Positions 39,850 through 53,281 of a stretch of DNA of 64,000 nt are shown here, one piece after another. Position numbers and translations under genes: made by a program. Source of the stretch: Octopus bimaculoides (taxonomy: Eukaryota); the NCBI RefSeq assembly GCF_001194135.2, contig NC_068991.1, positions 77,026,145 to 77,090,144 on the forward strand, read 5' to 3'. The notes beneath the pieces are model-generated. The model did not search any database. It was not told where the DNA came from and saw nothing but the letters and a program-made list of their open reading frames with translations. Each line of letters starts with the position of its first letter. The first letter of the stretch is position 1.

Positions 39850-40930
39850 GAAATAAGCAGGGTGTGCCAGTAAGAGGGCGAAGGCAGTGAAAGAATAAAG
39901 ATTGACAAGTGAGAAATTTATTTGATGCTACCAAGCAAAGAATTTGTGACTAAGCTAGAGCAATGAGCATAACTTGATGTCTTACTGGTTTGAACTTGAA
40001 GCAATTAGGTGGAAATTTTTGCATCTGAAGGGAATGAAGGTGAGTTAATTTTCAGAGAAATGAACAGGTTGAATCTGATATAGAGGTACGAGAGGGAAGA
40101 AATACATTGTTGAATGATTGTAATAGATTAGGTGAAGAAGATCAACAGGCACCGAGGAAAATTGTTCAAATCATGGAAAAGAAAGATCTTGGTGCAGAAA
40201 AGAATTAATATTGATAGGGTTAAACAGGAAGAGAGAACCAAAAACAGTAAATAAAATTATCCATCATGTGAACACAAACATTATAAATCAGCAATTTCAT
40301 AAAAGCGACTAATACATATATGGTGAATGGATTACTCTTGAAAGACATCACAAGTGGGATTGAGATGCAAGAATCATGGTGGAATAGAATACAAGGGGAT
40401 ATAAAAATATTAAGATCTGAGGTAAATTTATTAAGAAGACAAAGGAAAGGTCAGCTGAAATCCCACGTGAAGTGTGTTGATTTAAAAAGAAAACCTAGCT
40501 TAAAAAGGAGAGATGTAACAAAGGTAATAGAGGAGTTGAAACAGAGGATTTTGGCAAAAACATCTAAGATCAAAAGACACAAACAAGGAATAAACCAGTA
40601 ATTAACTGAACTGTACGTTCAATATGGATCAGAAAGGGATATATAAGGAGGTGAATTGAAATGTGAATCAAGGTCATACGAAATGCTTGAGAAAATTAGA
40701 AGTTTCAGTGAGAAGTTTGGGATGTAGAACAGATTCAAAATACTGAAGCTGAGTGATGAAAAACACTTAGGAATGGAATAAAAATCAATAAGCAGGAGAA
40801 TATACATGTTAAAATGGATGATGGTAAATAAGCAGTGAAGTGAAATGCTCATTTGGAAAGCTCCAGGCCCTGATAGCATTCATTGCTATTGGTTAAAAAT
40901 ATTCAAATCATTACACGAGAAGATTATCAA
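39850..40930 (+). mobile_element. Decayed R4/Dong-type non-LTR retrotransposon ORF
   Basis: IEELKQRILAKTSKIKRHKQGINQ and WKAPGPDSIHCYWLKIF resemble the region upstream of the RT in R4-clade elements. It starts next to a (TAG)n tract. Confidence 0.6.
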
Positions 40931-41418
40931 TGGAACTGAATGAAACAATAAGCAATGTTGTAAATAAGGAAGCAGATGGTGCAATGACTGAATGCTGTAA
41001 ACAGTAATGTGAAACTGGTGTTTCATTATCTTGCAGAACCTTGGCTTTGTTCCTCTGGTTAATTTAGTACAAATGATTCAGATTTACGTTCATTTTTATC
41101 ATTGATATTATAAACTGGGCTTGAAAACATACGGCTGTGCCAATGACTGAGCCATACAGAAACAACATGACTGGAGTAAAAGAGTGAAAAACACTAAACA
41201 GAGGTAACTCAAACCTCACTGACAGCAGATACAGCAGATCGCCAACAATGCATTAACCACTGCTATAACAACCCATTAACAATACACTAACGAGGCTTAT
41301 AATAGCTCTGCTGCATAACACTAACAACAGGTATTATGGCTTAGTCACAATGCACTAACAACAGCTAATAACAACTTAGCCACAATGCTAACAACAACAC
41401 ATTGAAACATAACCTTAC

Positions 41419-41620
41419 CATAACACAACCACAGAAATAACAATTGGAAAAGATAACACATTCAGAAACCATGACCAACATCAAATCATAGTGGATGCTG
41501 AAGAGGTAATGATAAACACCTGACAGGTGAAGACACCTTGATATTTTCAGTTTGAAGTTGGCATGAATTTCTTTAATTTCCACAATTAATGTCATAGAGA
41601 AGATACAAAGGTTGTATTAT
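41419..41620 (-). pseudogene. Candidate frameshifted exon of the CATSPERB-like gene
   Basis: LYLLYDINCGN* then, in another frame, IKEIHANFKLKISR..LFSIHYDLMLVMVSECVIFS..M|gtaagg. Strong donor; acceptor unclear. Confidence 0.4.
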
Positions 41621-41679
41621 CTCATTTTCCCAACTACCTTATAGTATACATTTGTTTGTTAAAATAAAACTGTTTGCCC

Positions 41680-41940
41680 CCCCGTGCTGGTGGAACATAA
41701 AAAGCACCATCCAAACATGGTCAATGCCTGTGCCCCCTTACTGGCTCCTGTGCCAGTGGAATGTAAAAAGCACCCACTTCACTCTCAGAGTGGTTGGCGT
41801 TAGGAAGGGCATCTAGCTGTACAAACTCTGCCTGATCAGATTGGAGCCTGGTGCAGCCGCTGGCTTTCCAGACCTCAGTCAAACCATCCAACCCATGCCA
41901 GCATGGAAAACAGACGTTAAACGATGATGATGATAATGAT
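41680..41940 (+). mobile_element. RTE-type 3' end / SINE
   Basis: Family consensus with a (GAT)n tail. Confidence 0.8.
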
Positions 41941-42339
41941 ATGCAGTTGAATCTTACAAAACCAAGTCAGATGACATTTCAAAAATATATATAACCATGT
42001 AATTCACTCATAATTATAATTTTGATTGAGGAAAAGCATAAGTTATATGTTGCTGGGGAGTAAATGACATAAACGTTTTTTAACCCCTATATTTTTCTTG
42101 TAAGGATTCAATTGGTTTTTCAGAAGGATGAATGGAAAAGTGAACTCTAGTGTAATTTCAGCTCACACCAGAGTATGAAAATTTCAAGACTTTGAATAGC
42201 TGAAACATTCAGTTCAGTTTTGTGTTGTTTATGTCACTATAACAATGAAACAGTGTAAATAAATGAGTTGACAAGGTGTTAGAGAACCAGGTAAGAAGCC
42301 TGCAAATAGTATTTTATTGTGTTCTGATGATCTCACCGA

Positions 42340-42640
42340 CTTCATCATCATCATCATCACCGTCATGCTAGCATGGGTTGGACGATTTGACTGAGGACTG
42401 GTGGACCAGGAGGCAACACCAGGCTCCAATCTGATTTGGCAGAGTTTCTACAGCTGGATGCCCTTCCTAACGTCAACCACTCCGGGAGTGTAGTGGGTGC
42501 TTTTACGTGCCACCGGCACGAGGGCCAGTCAGGCGGGTACTGGCAACGATCTCGCTCGAATGTCTTTTCACGTGCCAGGAAGGCAACGTTGGTAACGATC
42601 CACGGCCACTCTCGAAATGGTGTATTTTACGTGTCACCTG
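42340..42640 (-). mobile_element. RTE-type 3' end / SINE
   Basis: Family consensus, with the (CAT)n tail at the left. Confidence 0.8.
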
Positions 42641-43098
42641 CACAAACTGTTGAAATTCAGTTCACTCAGATGTGAGCAGATAGTCGTTGTTGTTGTTCAG
42701 CTCAGATCAGCCCTAAGGGAGCAGATCATGATCAAATGTTCCATCTGTAATTGCTCGGTGGTTTTGGTATGGTTACAGCAAAAAGACCACATCTTTTTGT
42801 ATATCAGGAACTATATTGTCTGATATATCCAATATTTAAGATTATGATTTGAGAAAGTTTTGGCTGCTATTAGTAATAAGTCCTTGATTCAGATTTGCTT
42901 TATTTTACTTGCATTTAGGGTGAATTATTCATTACTGTAAACTATAATGACACTGAATAATTAATGAGTTATTTGTTGTTTTGTAGCTTTGAGTTCCGTA
43001 GAAAAAGTCACCTGTTATACATTGATATTCTAAACAGAGGAACTTTTGTCCTTCCTTTTTCTTAATATTATAGAAAGATGAGAAAAGGACTGGCTCAC

Positions 43099-43217
43099 TT
43101 GATTGTGAAAATTTATGATAGAAAATAATGACAGGAGTGGGTGGAAGATGAAATAATATTTTGCTAGATTAATAGGATGTTTGCCTCCCAGCTGAAAAGT
43201 CAGCTGTTCATATTCCA
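43099..43217 (-). CDS. Candidate exon (phase 1-0)
   Basis: cattacttttag|TG GAA..CAA|gtgagc: EYEQLTFQLGGKHPINLAKYYFIFHPLLSLFSIINFHNQ. Confidence 0.7.
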
Positions 43218-44111
43218 CTAAAAGTAATGTGCTGTGAGCATTGACATGACACTTTTGTTGGCTCCATCCATCTAATTGTTAATAGGTCCTATGGTAAATC
43301 ACTTCTGATCTTTGTAGGCACCTTATAGATAATGACAAATCTACTGTTAGATTGTAATATTGAGTTCCAAATCCTTTGTGGTGTATTTTGAAGATGGATA
43401 AGTGTATCTAAATGAAGTTTTCAAAAAGACATTGTATGACCTAATGGTTTATGGGGCTTGTTTGTAATGATTATAGCAATAATCAGGATGTTGATTTTTT
43501 TTTTGCATGCTTGAGTAGTCAAATTTATTGTGGAGCTCCAGTGATAATGTATGATACTAATTTATTTCTTAAGGGCATTAAATAATTAACTAATGTATTA
43601 CTGAGAATCAAAAACCTCAGCCCACAGACAGATAACTTATAAATTATAGTAATTAGTGTATTCATGCTGTCAAAATGACAACTTTTTTAAAACTTATATT
43701 GAATTTATAATGAATTTTCTTTATAGTTGTTCAGTTTTAATTTTCCTTGATTATCCCCTGTATTATGATGCTTAATCTGTGTTGTGTTTATTTCACTGTA
43801 GTATAACTTTGGAGTTGTACAATAAAAATCAAATGCAATAATTATAATTTTTTTTTTTTAGTTTTAGACTTAACTCAAACTAATTAAATTTATAATTAAT
43901 TTGAATTTCTTTTGAAAAAGAAAATTGAATTTTGTTGTTAAAAATTGATGAGAGAATTATATCTCTTAGGCACCAGCTTTAATGCTATGCTCCACTTGCC
44001 ATATATAGCCTTATATAGCAATGAGGCTCAGTTTTGTGCTGAAATGTTACATGGATACAAAGATAAAAACAGACAAATAACGAGTTTCGTATAATATTTA
44101 AAACTTCTTAC

Positions 44112-44178
44112 ATGATTGATTGACTGACATTCCTTTCAACATTGTATTCTAACAAAATCTTATTTTTCCTTACATGAC
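44112..44178 (-). CDS. Candidate exon (phase 1-2)
   Basis: ggttttttttag|GT CAT..AT|gtaaga. One open frame: HVRKNKILLEYNVERNVSQSI. Confidence 0.55.
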
Positions 44179-45496
44179 CTAAAAAAAACCCAGAAAAGAA
44201 CTGAAAGCCTAAAAGGAACTGACAGATATTGTCTAGCTTAAGACTAACCCTGATAAATAGAACTATGATTGAAACCATTCCGACTGTGGTCATCCCATCT
44301 TTTTAGAGACATTCAGAACGGTGTGTCAATCATTTTTATGACACTGTGATGTGATTTGAGGGAGATATAGTTGCTACATCTAGCAGGCTGAGCTGCTGCA
44401 TAAAGATTCTCTTGTTGAGGGATGTCTGTTACTGGGAATGTATTATTAGCTAATGCAAAGATCCAATCTTCGATGTTGTGAGAGAGCAAATTATAAGTAA
44501 CTGAGTTTTTGCTTTAGCAGAAGCCGACTGTATGAAAGCACTGAGATATAAATGCTTTTCTTAAGGGCAACAGCATCAAAAGTAAAATGAAATTAATTGG
44601 TTTTAATCAAGAATTAAAACTGGTTCACTTACTGAGTTTGCTGTGAACTTAACTGTTACATCATCGTCACACTACTAGTAATTATTTCCTTAGGTGGCAT
44701 GAAAAAAAAATAAAGATGTCAGAACCTTAGTAAAGCTGATAATTAATACAATGTAATTAGACAGGCAAATAGTTACTATGATGGTCACTATCTTCGTAAG
44801 GAACCAAGACTCAACGTCAGAAATAGAAGGAAATAAGAAGCAGCTGAAGATGAAGTTCGTTCATGTCCACATGATTACAGAAACTTCAATAGGATAGAAA
44901 TCAATAAAAACTTCTCAAGAACTGTTAATCTGTGACCCATCTAATTAGTCAAGGTTATTGTCACAGAATTGTTATTTTTGTTTCAGCAGCCTTTGATGCA
45001 TGAGTTGGACAAATAGAAGCAAGATGATGGCGAAGATACTGATCATGAAGGTTTGATGATGATTTTGCCAGAATCAGGATTATAATGATGACATTTATCA
45101 TATTTTTAACTGCAGAGATGATGATGATGATGATGGCGATAATGATGATGATGACAAATAAAGATGATAGAACTGATTGCAATAATGGTAGTGAAGGTTG
45201 AGTTGAAGACAATAACAATGATACTGATGAGAACCTAATGTTTCTGACTTCTGATGGTCAAACTGAACATCAAATGGTTTTGAGTTCAAATCATCCTAAC
45301 TAATGAAGAGTGATTGAGCACTTCATTTCTCTGGCATTCAGAGAATCTGAACCAGTAATATACTAGTTGATTCAAGCACTAATATTGGTCTTCTTAAGAA
45401 TGTTAACTACAGCAAAGACAAAGGCTATTTTTTCACTGATGAATGGCAGTGCTCAACTCTTATAAATCTATGATTTAATGTCAATGCAAAAACCAC

Positions 45497-45664
<168 letters not shown>

Positions 45665-45900
45665 GGAGATGGCAAGCTGGCTGAATCATCAAAAGATTGA
45701 ACAAAATGCCTGGCAATGTTGCTTCTAATTCTTTATGCTCTGAGTTCAAATCCTGCCAAAGCCAACTGTGCTTTGCTATTTTCAGGATCGATAAACTAAA
45801 GTACCAGTTAAGTACTGGGGTTGAAGGTGTCTACTAGCCATCTCCCTTCAAAATTTTTGGACTTGTATCTAAATTAAAAGCTATCATTATTATTATTATC
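45665..45900 (+). mobile_element. SINE family B, diverged
   Basis: GCTGGCTGAATCA..CTGAGTTCAAATCCTGCC..AAGTACCAGT..(ATT)n. Confidence 0.7.
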
Positions 45901-47128
45901 ATTATTATTATATTGTCTTTGCATGGCTTCTAATGCTGGAGATGTACTACAGTGTCAGCTGTTCACTACCAGCTGTTATATTTTGAGGTTGCTGGGATTG
46001 ACTAACACATTACCCTAAATTTCTGGTTTTGTGCCTATATGTAAAATAATTATTTTTATGACAGTGGAGTAACAGAAATTGTAGAGCATTAGTGTCAGTG
46101 CCTAACACTTTCTAGTTTTGTCATCCTACATTTTGTGTTCAAACCCTATCAGATTAGATTGCAACTTTCTCTCTTCTACATTCAATAAACTGAGAACAGA
46201 TTATTTGCAGGACAGGGAACATATATGCTACAATGATATTTCAAAAAAAAAAAAATTGGAGTAAGTGTTGAGAAGAAACAGGCAGATATCTTCTCTGTAA
46301 GCCGAATTCACAATTCCATTTCGATTCCTAACTAAAATCAGTTCATTTCTATTATGCTGCTAATGCCTTTTGAGGAAAAGACCTGCAGCACACAACTTCA
46401 CAATTCTTTTCTAAAGTATAAGGTCTTTCTGGTTTATCAAAAGAAATCAATATTTCTAAATAAATGAATTAAGAATAAAAGAACAGCAGAAATAATACTG
46501 GGTTCATCACCACTACCACCACATAAAAAAAAAAAAATCAACTCATTATTTTTCTGCAAATAAGAGATAAAAGTTTAGCAGAGAATATGCAATAATTGAA
46601 AGGGATATTTGAGAGAAAAATAATCTAATTGTCTAACACTAATACTTACAGTTCCAACATTTTTTCCCTGTTATCTAATTTTATTATTTCCCTAAATTAG
46701 CTTAATTTAGAATGAAATTGGATAAAATTTATTCTGACATGCTATATGAGATATATATATATATATAGGATATATATCTGTGTGTGTGTGTTTGTGTGTG
46801 TGTGCACACATACAAACTAGGGATTTCTATAAATGTATGTTTGAGCATATGTGTGCTTATGTAAGAGAGAGTATTGAAATTATGCTTGTTCATTTGTGTA
46901 CGCGTGTGATTTTATATATATATATATATATATATNNNNNNNNNNNNNNNNNNNNNNNNNNNNNNNNNNNNNNNNNNNNNNNNNNNNNNNNNNNNNNNNN
47001 NNNNNNNNNNNNNNNNNNNNNNNNNNNNNNNNNNNNNNNNNNNNNNNNNNNNNNNNNNNNNNNNNNNNNNNNNNNNNNNNNNNNNNNNNNNNNNNNNNNN
47101 NNNNNNNNNNNNNNNNNNNNNNNNNNNN

Positions 47129-47162
<34 letters not shown>

Positions 47163-48233
47163 CATATATGTATTATTTATATGATACATAAATTTCTCTC
47201 TGTTGTCTTTCTCTCTCTCAAATTGACTTACACAAACATATATTTATATAAATACAGGTAATTTTTTTTACATGTGCCTGCATGTATGAGTATATATTAT
47301 ATATGCGTGCACACATGATATATGTCTGTATAATGTGTGTATTGTATTTAAAATGTCTATGTCTGTGGTTATATGTTATAAACTAAGATATTTATATACA
47401 CACAAATGCACATGCATATTTTTAAAGCTATCACATACATGCACAAACAAACAATTACATGTATATAATTGTGTGTCTATATCTATGTATTTATATGTTT
47501 ATGTGTGCGAGTTTAATGTTCCCATATATATGTTTGTGTGTAATAAAAATAAACTGCATTCAGAAAAATTTGTGAATGTTTGATATAAAATATATAAAAC
47601 TATAAAATTGCGTTACAAACCTCACCTGCATCAAAAAAGAAAAAAAGGAGAGAAATATTGACAAAAGTAAATGGTAGATAAAATATGTTAAAATTAAATT
47701 GAAATGAAATGAAAAAACAATAGGTTATGTTTATCATGATTTAAATGCCCAAATAAACTGAAAATTGCATAACGAAGATATTTTTTTTCCCTTTATCAAT
47801 TCAGATCCATTATCTTGGATCCCTTTGTTTTGTGGTTAACATTGATTGTTGTCCCTTTAACATGAATTGATATTAACATTTAGCTTTAAGTCTACGATTG
47901 ACTATTTGCAACTGAAGAGAAGTGGAAGACAAATGAAAGGCATATACAGTCATGCATATACACACACACGTGTGTGTGTGTATGTGTTTGCGTGTGCATG
48001 CATGTGTGTGTATATGTGTCTGTATATATATACTATATGTGACATAGCTACTATGTATATGTATATATATTTAATATATGTGCATGCACATACATATATC
48101 ATCATCAGTTAATGTTCACTTTTCTTCATAGAATGAATGTAGAAATAAAGATAAAAATAGCTGCAGTTCCATTATCCATAGCACTTACATAGCCTTACCT
48201 GCCACCTTGGGTCTTCTGGATACCAATGCCTCT

Positions 48234-48264
<31 letters not shown>

Positions 48265-48335
48265 CATAAGTAGAAAACATAAATCTGGAGAAGAACCACA
48301 TTCTAAGATGTAGAGCAGTTTATATTTTAATGGGA

Positions 48336-48474
48336 AAGGCTGGTTCATGGGATTACCCTGGGTTTCACGTCCATAAAGGGTTTAGCTTTATAAAGGTTTT
48401 GGGGTCTGACAATACGTCATGAAGCTAAACCATTTATGGACAGGAAACCCAGAGTAATCTCATAAACTAGCCTT
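48336..48474. mobile_element. MITE-like foldback element
   Basis: About 55-bp imperfect inverted arms (AAGGCTGGTTCATGGGATTAC.. / ..GTAATCTCATAAACTAGCCTT) around a ~30-bp spacer. No clear TSD. Confidence 0.65.
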
Positions 48475-48580
48475 CTCTATTAAAATATGTGTGTATATAT
48501 GTATNNNNNNNNNNNNNNNNNNNNNNNNNNNNNNNNNNNNNNNNNNNNNNNNNNNNNNNNNNNNNNNNNNNNNNNNNNNN

Positions 48581-48820
48581 TGCGGGTGGCACATAAAAGA
48601 CACCATTTCGAGCGTGGCCGTTTTCGTGCGGGTGACACGTAAAAGCACCCACTACACTCTCTGAGTGGTTGGCGTTAGGAAGGGCATCCAGCTGTAGAAA
48701 CTCTGCCAAATTAGACTGGAGCCTGGTGTTGCCATCCGGTTTCACCAGTCCTCAGTCAAATCGTCCAACCCATGCTAGCATGGAAAGCAGACGTTAAACA
48801 ATGATGATGATGATGATGAT
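48581..48820 (+). mobile_element. Young RTE-type 3' end / SINE
   Basis: Nearly identical to 5173-5450 in reverse complement. Confidence 0.85.
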
Positions 48821-49049
48821 ACATATACATATAAATATATGAATTTAAAATTTTATAAAATTTTTAACACCTTCTCTTCTCCATCTTTAATTGTTTATAA
48901 AGGATGCGTGTTCTATAAATGCTCATAACATACTTTATACTTGTAACATTTTCATATTTAAAAAAAATACAATAGTAAGATACCAATTTAATTTGAAGAA
49001 TCTTTATTAGAAAGCTAACTTCGGAACCCACTCAAAGCAAAAGATGAAA

Positions 49050-49950
49050 TAGAACTCAACCTTTTCTCATATATATATGCTGACACCCTAAACACTAAGC
49101 CACATATATATATATATATATACACGCCATCTTCTGCTTAGATTAATGGGGGGTCATATGGGTGCATTGATAGAATTTTTACTTTGATCTTATTTATCAA
49201 ACCACTAATGTTTCTCATTGACATGCTAATAGAGTGCAAATGTTGATTTCTTTTTACTTTTCATGCACCAATGCTTTTCTATTCTTTTTGCTAAGTTAAG
49301 GTGGTGTTGTTGCATTCACTCTCCATGCAGCTCATATGGTACTCTACATTTCTAGTTTTACAATTTTACCTTTAGATTCATTTTGTATACAAAACTATTG
49401 TTCTTGATACAGGTGGTCTTTTTGAAAGGGTGTATTTTATTTGTGATTTAATGTAACTGCTTAGTTTTCCAACGATTTCAATTTTCAATTTGCTTAATGC
49501 TCTCTTGAATTTATAAGCTAGTTCACCTTTGGGAATAACAACAGGATTTGTTCTTATTATACCGTGAGCTTGTCTTGCTTATTTATCTTCTTTATTCTTT
49601 ATAATGTATTCAATGTCTTGCTCCAAACATACAGGCAGATTCCATTTGTATCATTTTTAATGTTGCTTTCTAACTTTTTTTTTTCATAGTTCCTTTGTAC
49701 TCCCTGATTCAATTCTTTTGGTTATGCCTGAAGAATTGCATGTAGGGGAGGAAGTCTAATGCAAGCTTTTTCTTATTTCGCAGATTTGACACAATTGAGA
49801 TATATTTCAAATTGTTCTTAGTAAGTTTGCTATTAGGATGTTTATTTTTATGTTTCCTGATATAACATAGTTCTGAGGGATTAAGTACTTGGCAGCCATA
49901 GGTTTTGAACAATGTGAATGGAGAAGCTGTTGTTGTTTATTGTTTCCAGT
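49050..49950 (-). mobile_element. Third Penelope-like remnant
   Basis: NCKTRNVEYHMSCMESEC (a GIY-YIG-type CxxxNVVY..C..C motif) near 49280-49370, preceded by an ..FLPY.. segment. Confidence 0.5.
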
Positions 49951-51349
49951 CAGAATTTCGTATCTAGGAGTAAATTGTTTTGATGAAACTTTCTGTCCTC
50001 AATAGAAAGCACAATTATTTAGAACTACTGTTTATAGTTGAGATGTTTGATTGTCAGTTTATAGTTGAGATGTTTGACTGTCAGTTTTTTTATTATGTGT
50101 TTGTGGTGAATAAAAGTTCAAAAAAGCATAATAATTTTAAATGTTTGTTAAAAACTGCTCCAGAATTAACAACATTCCACATTAAAAATGAAGTATTTAT
50201 TGCAAAGAATGCAGAGTTGAAATATTTCTTTTTTTATGAAATTGACACTAACAGAAGGTTGACTGTATAATTTGAGGAATTTTTAAATGGCTAAATTAAT
50301 TTTAAAAAAGGTTTAGAATAAAAGTTTGCTATTTAGCTACATTGGAGAATTGGAAAATAAACCTCTACCTTATGATCTAAACTGGAATATCTTATTCTCC
50401 AAAGCTAATAAATCCTACATTAGAAACATGCAAGAAAAAAAAATGTGGGAGGTTGCATGTGGGAGGTTGCATGTGGGAATGTTTGGAAATCTTAGCATCA
50501 GTGACTTAACCTTAAATACACATTCTGAAAGGATTTCATCCCTCATACACATGGCTTTTAGGATTTTACAAAAATTTTAAGCATATTAATTACCTCTACC
50601 ACTAACATTACTCTGTCTTTCTTTGTTTTCACCTTTACATTTCAATCACAGGATATATATAATTATTTACTCTCCAGTTAGCCATGACTCCTCTCATAAA
50701 CTCACCATCTTCATTCATTCTTCCTCATTGTATAATCTTAATTCCAAATTTACACTTTTCTGTATAAATTCCTTCTACATATTTATTCGACTTTGAACAC
50801 TTTTTGTCTTACGTATTCCTTTTCCTAATTACTCTCCCATGGTTCCCGAACTAATTAAATACATTATTTCACATCTCTAAATTCATGTGCATTATAAAAT
50901 TATCTGAATTTATTTTACTTGTTTATTTAATTTTGATCTCCCTTTCCAATTACACTTTCATGGTTCCCTAACTAATTAAATACAGTATTTTTATATCCTT
51001 AAATTGATCTATTACAATTTGTTTTCATATCCTTGCAGAGTTGGTCAATTTATATATACTGGAGCCTGAATTGATCTTTTTCTTCTGATTAACATAATTA
51101 AATCATGATTACAATGTACTACCCCTCCTACAAATTAAGTTACCACACTATAGCTTTAATATTTTATCTAATATTTTCTCATATCCTTGTTCCTGTAAAT
51201 CTTAATTAATATGCTCTTTCACATTTTTCATCCCTCTTCCTATTATAACTTCATCAATGTTATTAGACTTACTTCCTTTGTCACTGCCTTTCTCAATCTA
51301 TTACCTTTCAATTTAAATCTAACAACATAATAAAAAAAAAAAAAAAAGA

Positions 51350-51830
51350 ATTTAGTTAACCTTTTTGAGTCTATTCATCAAAAATATTAAGTCTACCTTT
51401 TAAATAAATGCCTGTTTACCTCTTAGCTTCATATAAATTTTGTCAAATTCATGAATCTTTTATGTCTTGTCTATATTTTAATCATATACACCTTTACCGT
51501 TTAGCTTTACTTCTTCAATTAACACCTTTCAACTTTTTATCTAGATAGAACCTTTTATCTAAAATAATCGTCAATGTATCATTTACGTTCCCAGTCATAT
51601 AGTTTATACAGTATTATTGTTCCAACTCACTTTAGTTTTACTTTCTCAATTATTACCCTCAAATCCTTATTTAGACAGAATTCAAACCCCTTAAATAATA
51701 AATTTTTTTCTTATATTTTTAACGAATACACTTTAATTTATTTATTTGTACCATTCTTGATTTTCTTCATAAAATTGCAATATTTTCTCAATATCGCCTA
51801 ATCCTTTAGAATTTTTACCATTCAATATTG
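51350..51830 (-). mobile_element. Very old LINE RT remnant
   Basis: L.K.GF.G..KTKVSWN and KLKGV..LKY.(Q)DI, a YADD-like motif, with many stops. Confidence 0.35.
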
Positions 51831-51834
51831 TTTT

Positions 51835-51957
51835 AGGAAGGGCATCCAGCTGTAGAAACTCTGCCAAATCAGATTGGAGCCTGGTGTAGCCATCTGGTTT
51901 CACCAGTCCTCAGTCAAATCGTCCAACCCATGCTAGCATGGAAAGCGGACGTTAAAC

Positions 51958-51988
<31 letters not shown>

Positions 51989-51990
51989 AA
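51835..51990 (+). mobile_element. Young 5'-truncated RTE-type SINE
   Basis: Consensus tail ending in (GAT)n. Confidence 0.85.
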
Positions 51991-53215
51991 TTACATATAC
52001 ATTACCATCTTTATATTAATTAATATTTACTCTTTATTAAATATCAAACGTTACTTTGTCTGGTAAAATCTCTTACATCACTATTCAAATAAGTTATTCC
52101 CCTTGTACTAGTTATCTCGTGGTTAGATTTAGGAACACATCCAATGTTATTTCGAAATCAGTTTTATCCTCTTTTTCAAAATTATCCAAAACGTTCATCA
52201 CACCACCTCCTTCAGTTTTCTTTTCTATTCTGTTTATGTTCACAGAATTATATTATATGTTGTTTTTATTTGTCCAAAATTCCAAGAAAATGACTCCTGA
52301 ACAAAACAGACAAAAGAAACACAAAGTTTTGCATATTAGTTTAAAATTAGAATGGAGAAAAAAAAAAGAGGAATGTTTTACGTTTTGGACAGTTTCTTCT
52401 TCATAAAAAAAAAGCAGAAAAAAGAGAGGAAAGAAAGAATAAAGAAAAGGAAGTGAGAAAGAAAAGAATTACATGGAGTGGGATTGATTGTGTTATTAGT
52501 TTTGTAAAATGCTGTAAGTGGATGGTTGAAGAGAGGAAATAGAGGTAGTACAATGGGTTTTGCAGCTAAGAGAACAAAAATAAATGGGAGGCAATGGGGG
52601 AATGAGTTGTATGTGTGTGTGTGAGTTACGCCATGTGTATATGTGTATGTATATTTGTATGTTTATGTTGTGTGTTTGAGTATATTGTGGTAGTGTGGGG
52701 TGTGCACAGCTGCCATAGCTGACACAACCTGTATGTGTTTGTATTTTTGTGTGGGTGTATAGCTGAAGGAAAGATGGATATTTAACCCTTGGAGTAAAAT
52801 TGATCTAAGGTAAAAGATAAATTTTAGCTTTTGTCAGACTGTTGAAACCAGGATGAATACAGAAAAAAGAAGAGAGAGAGAGAAAAATTACATGGAGTGA
52901 GATTGATTGTTTATGGAGAATTTGTGGTGTAAAATGACAGTCAAAATGGAGAGGCATTGACCTATGGTTAAACGAGCAGAAATGGTGGGAAATTGACAAT
53001 ACAGTGTTGTTTAATCAGGCTTCAAAGTAAACCTAGACAAGGTTAAGATTTTGTAAGCAGAATAGAAGACAAAACTTTGCTACCTCAGAGAAATGTGCTT
53101 GCTATGCAGAAATGAAGTTGATAGAAATTCTAGAATAGTGGAATCACAGGCAGACTTTTAGTAAAAGTAGACTTTGTATGTGGCAGGTGAACTTGTTCAT
53201 AACAAGAACACTTAC

Positions 53216-53281
53216 TAAATAATTAAACACATCAAGAGAGCAGTCGTACATTATCCACTCCTTGTACACAATAATACATAA
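53216..53281 (-). CDS. Candidate exon (66 nt, phase 0-0)
   Basis: tttttcaaggtttcag|TTA..TTA|gtaagt. One open frame: LCIIVYKEWIMYDCSLDVFNYL. Confidence 0.7.

Noticed and set aside
44000-44038. 39-nt segment with a strong acceptor and a GC donor (HKTEPHCYIRLYM)
   Set aside because: Its only open frame (phase 0-0) does not fit the neighbouring candidate exons; left unassigned.
44845-44900. CTGAAGA followed by a TGAAGTT/AACTTCA hairpin (possible hammerhead)
   Set aside because: No GAAA next to the stem, and no stem I or III.
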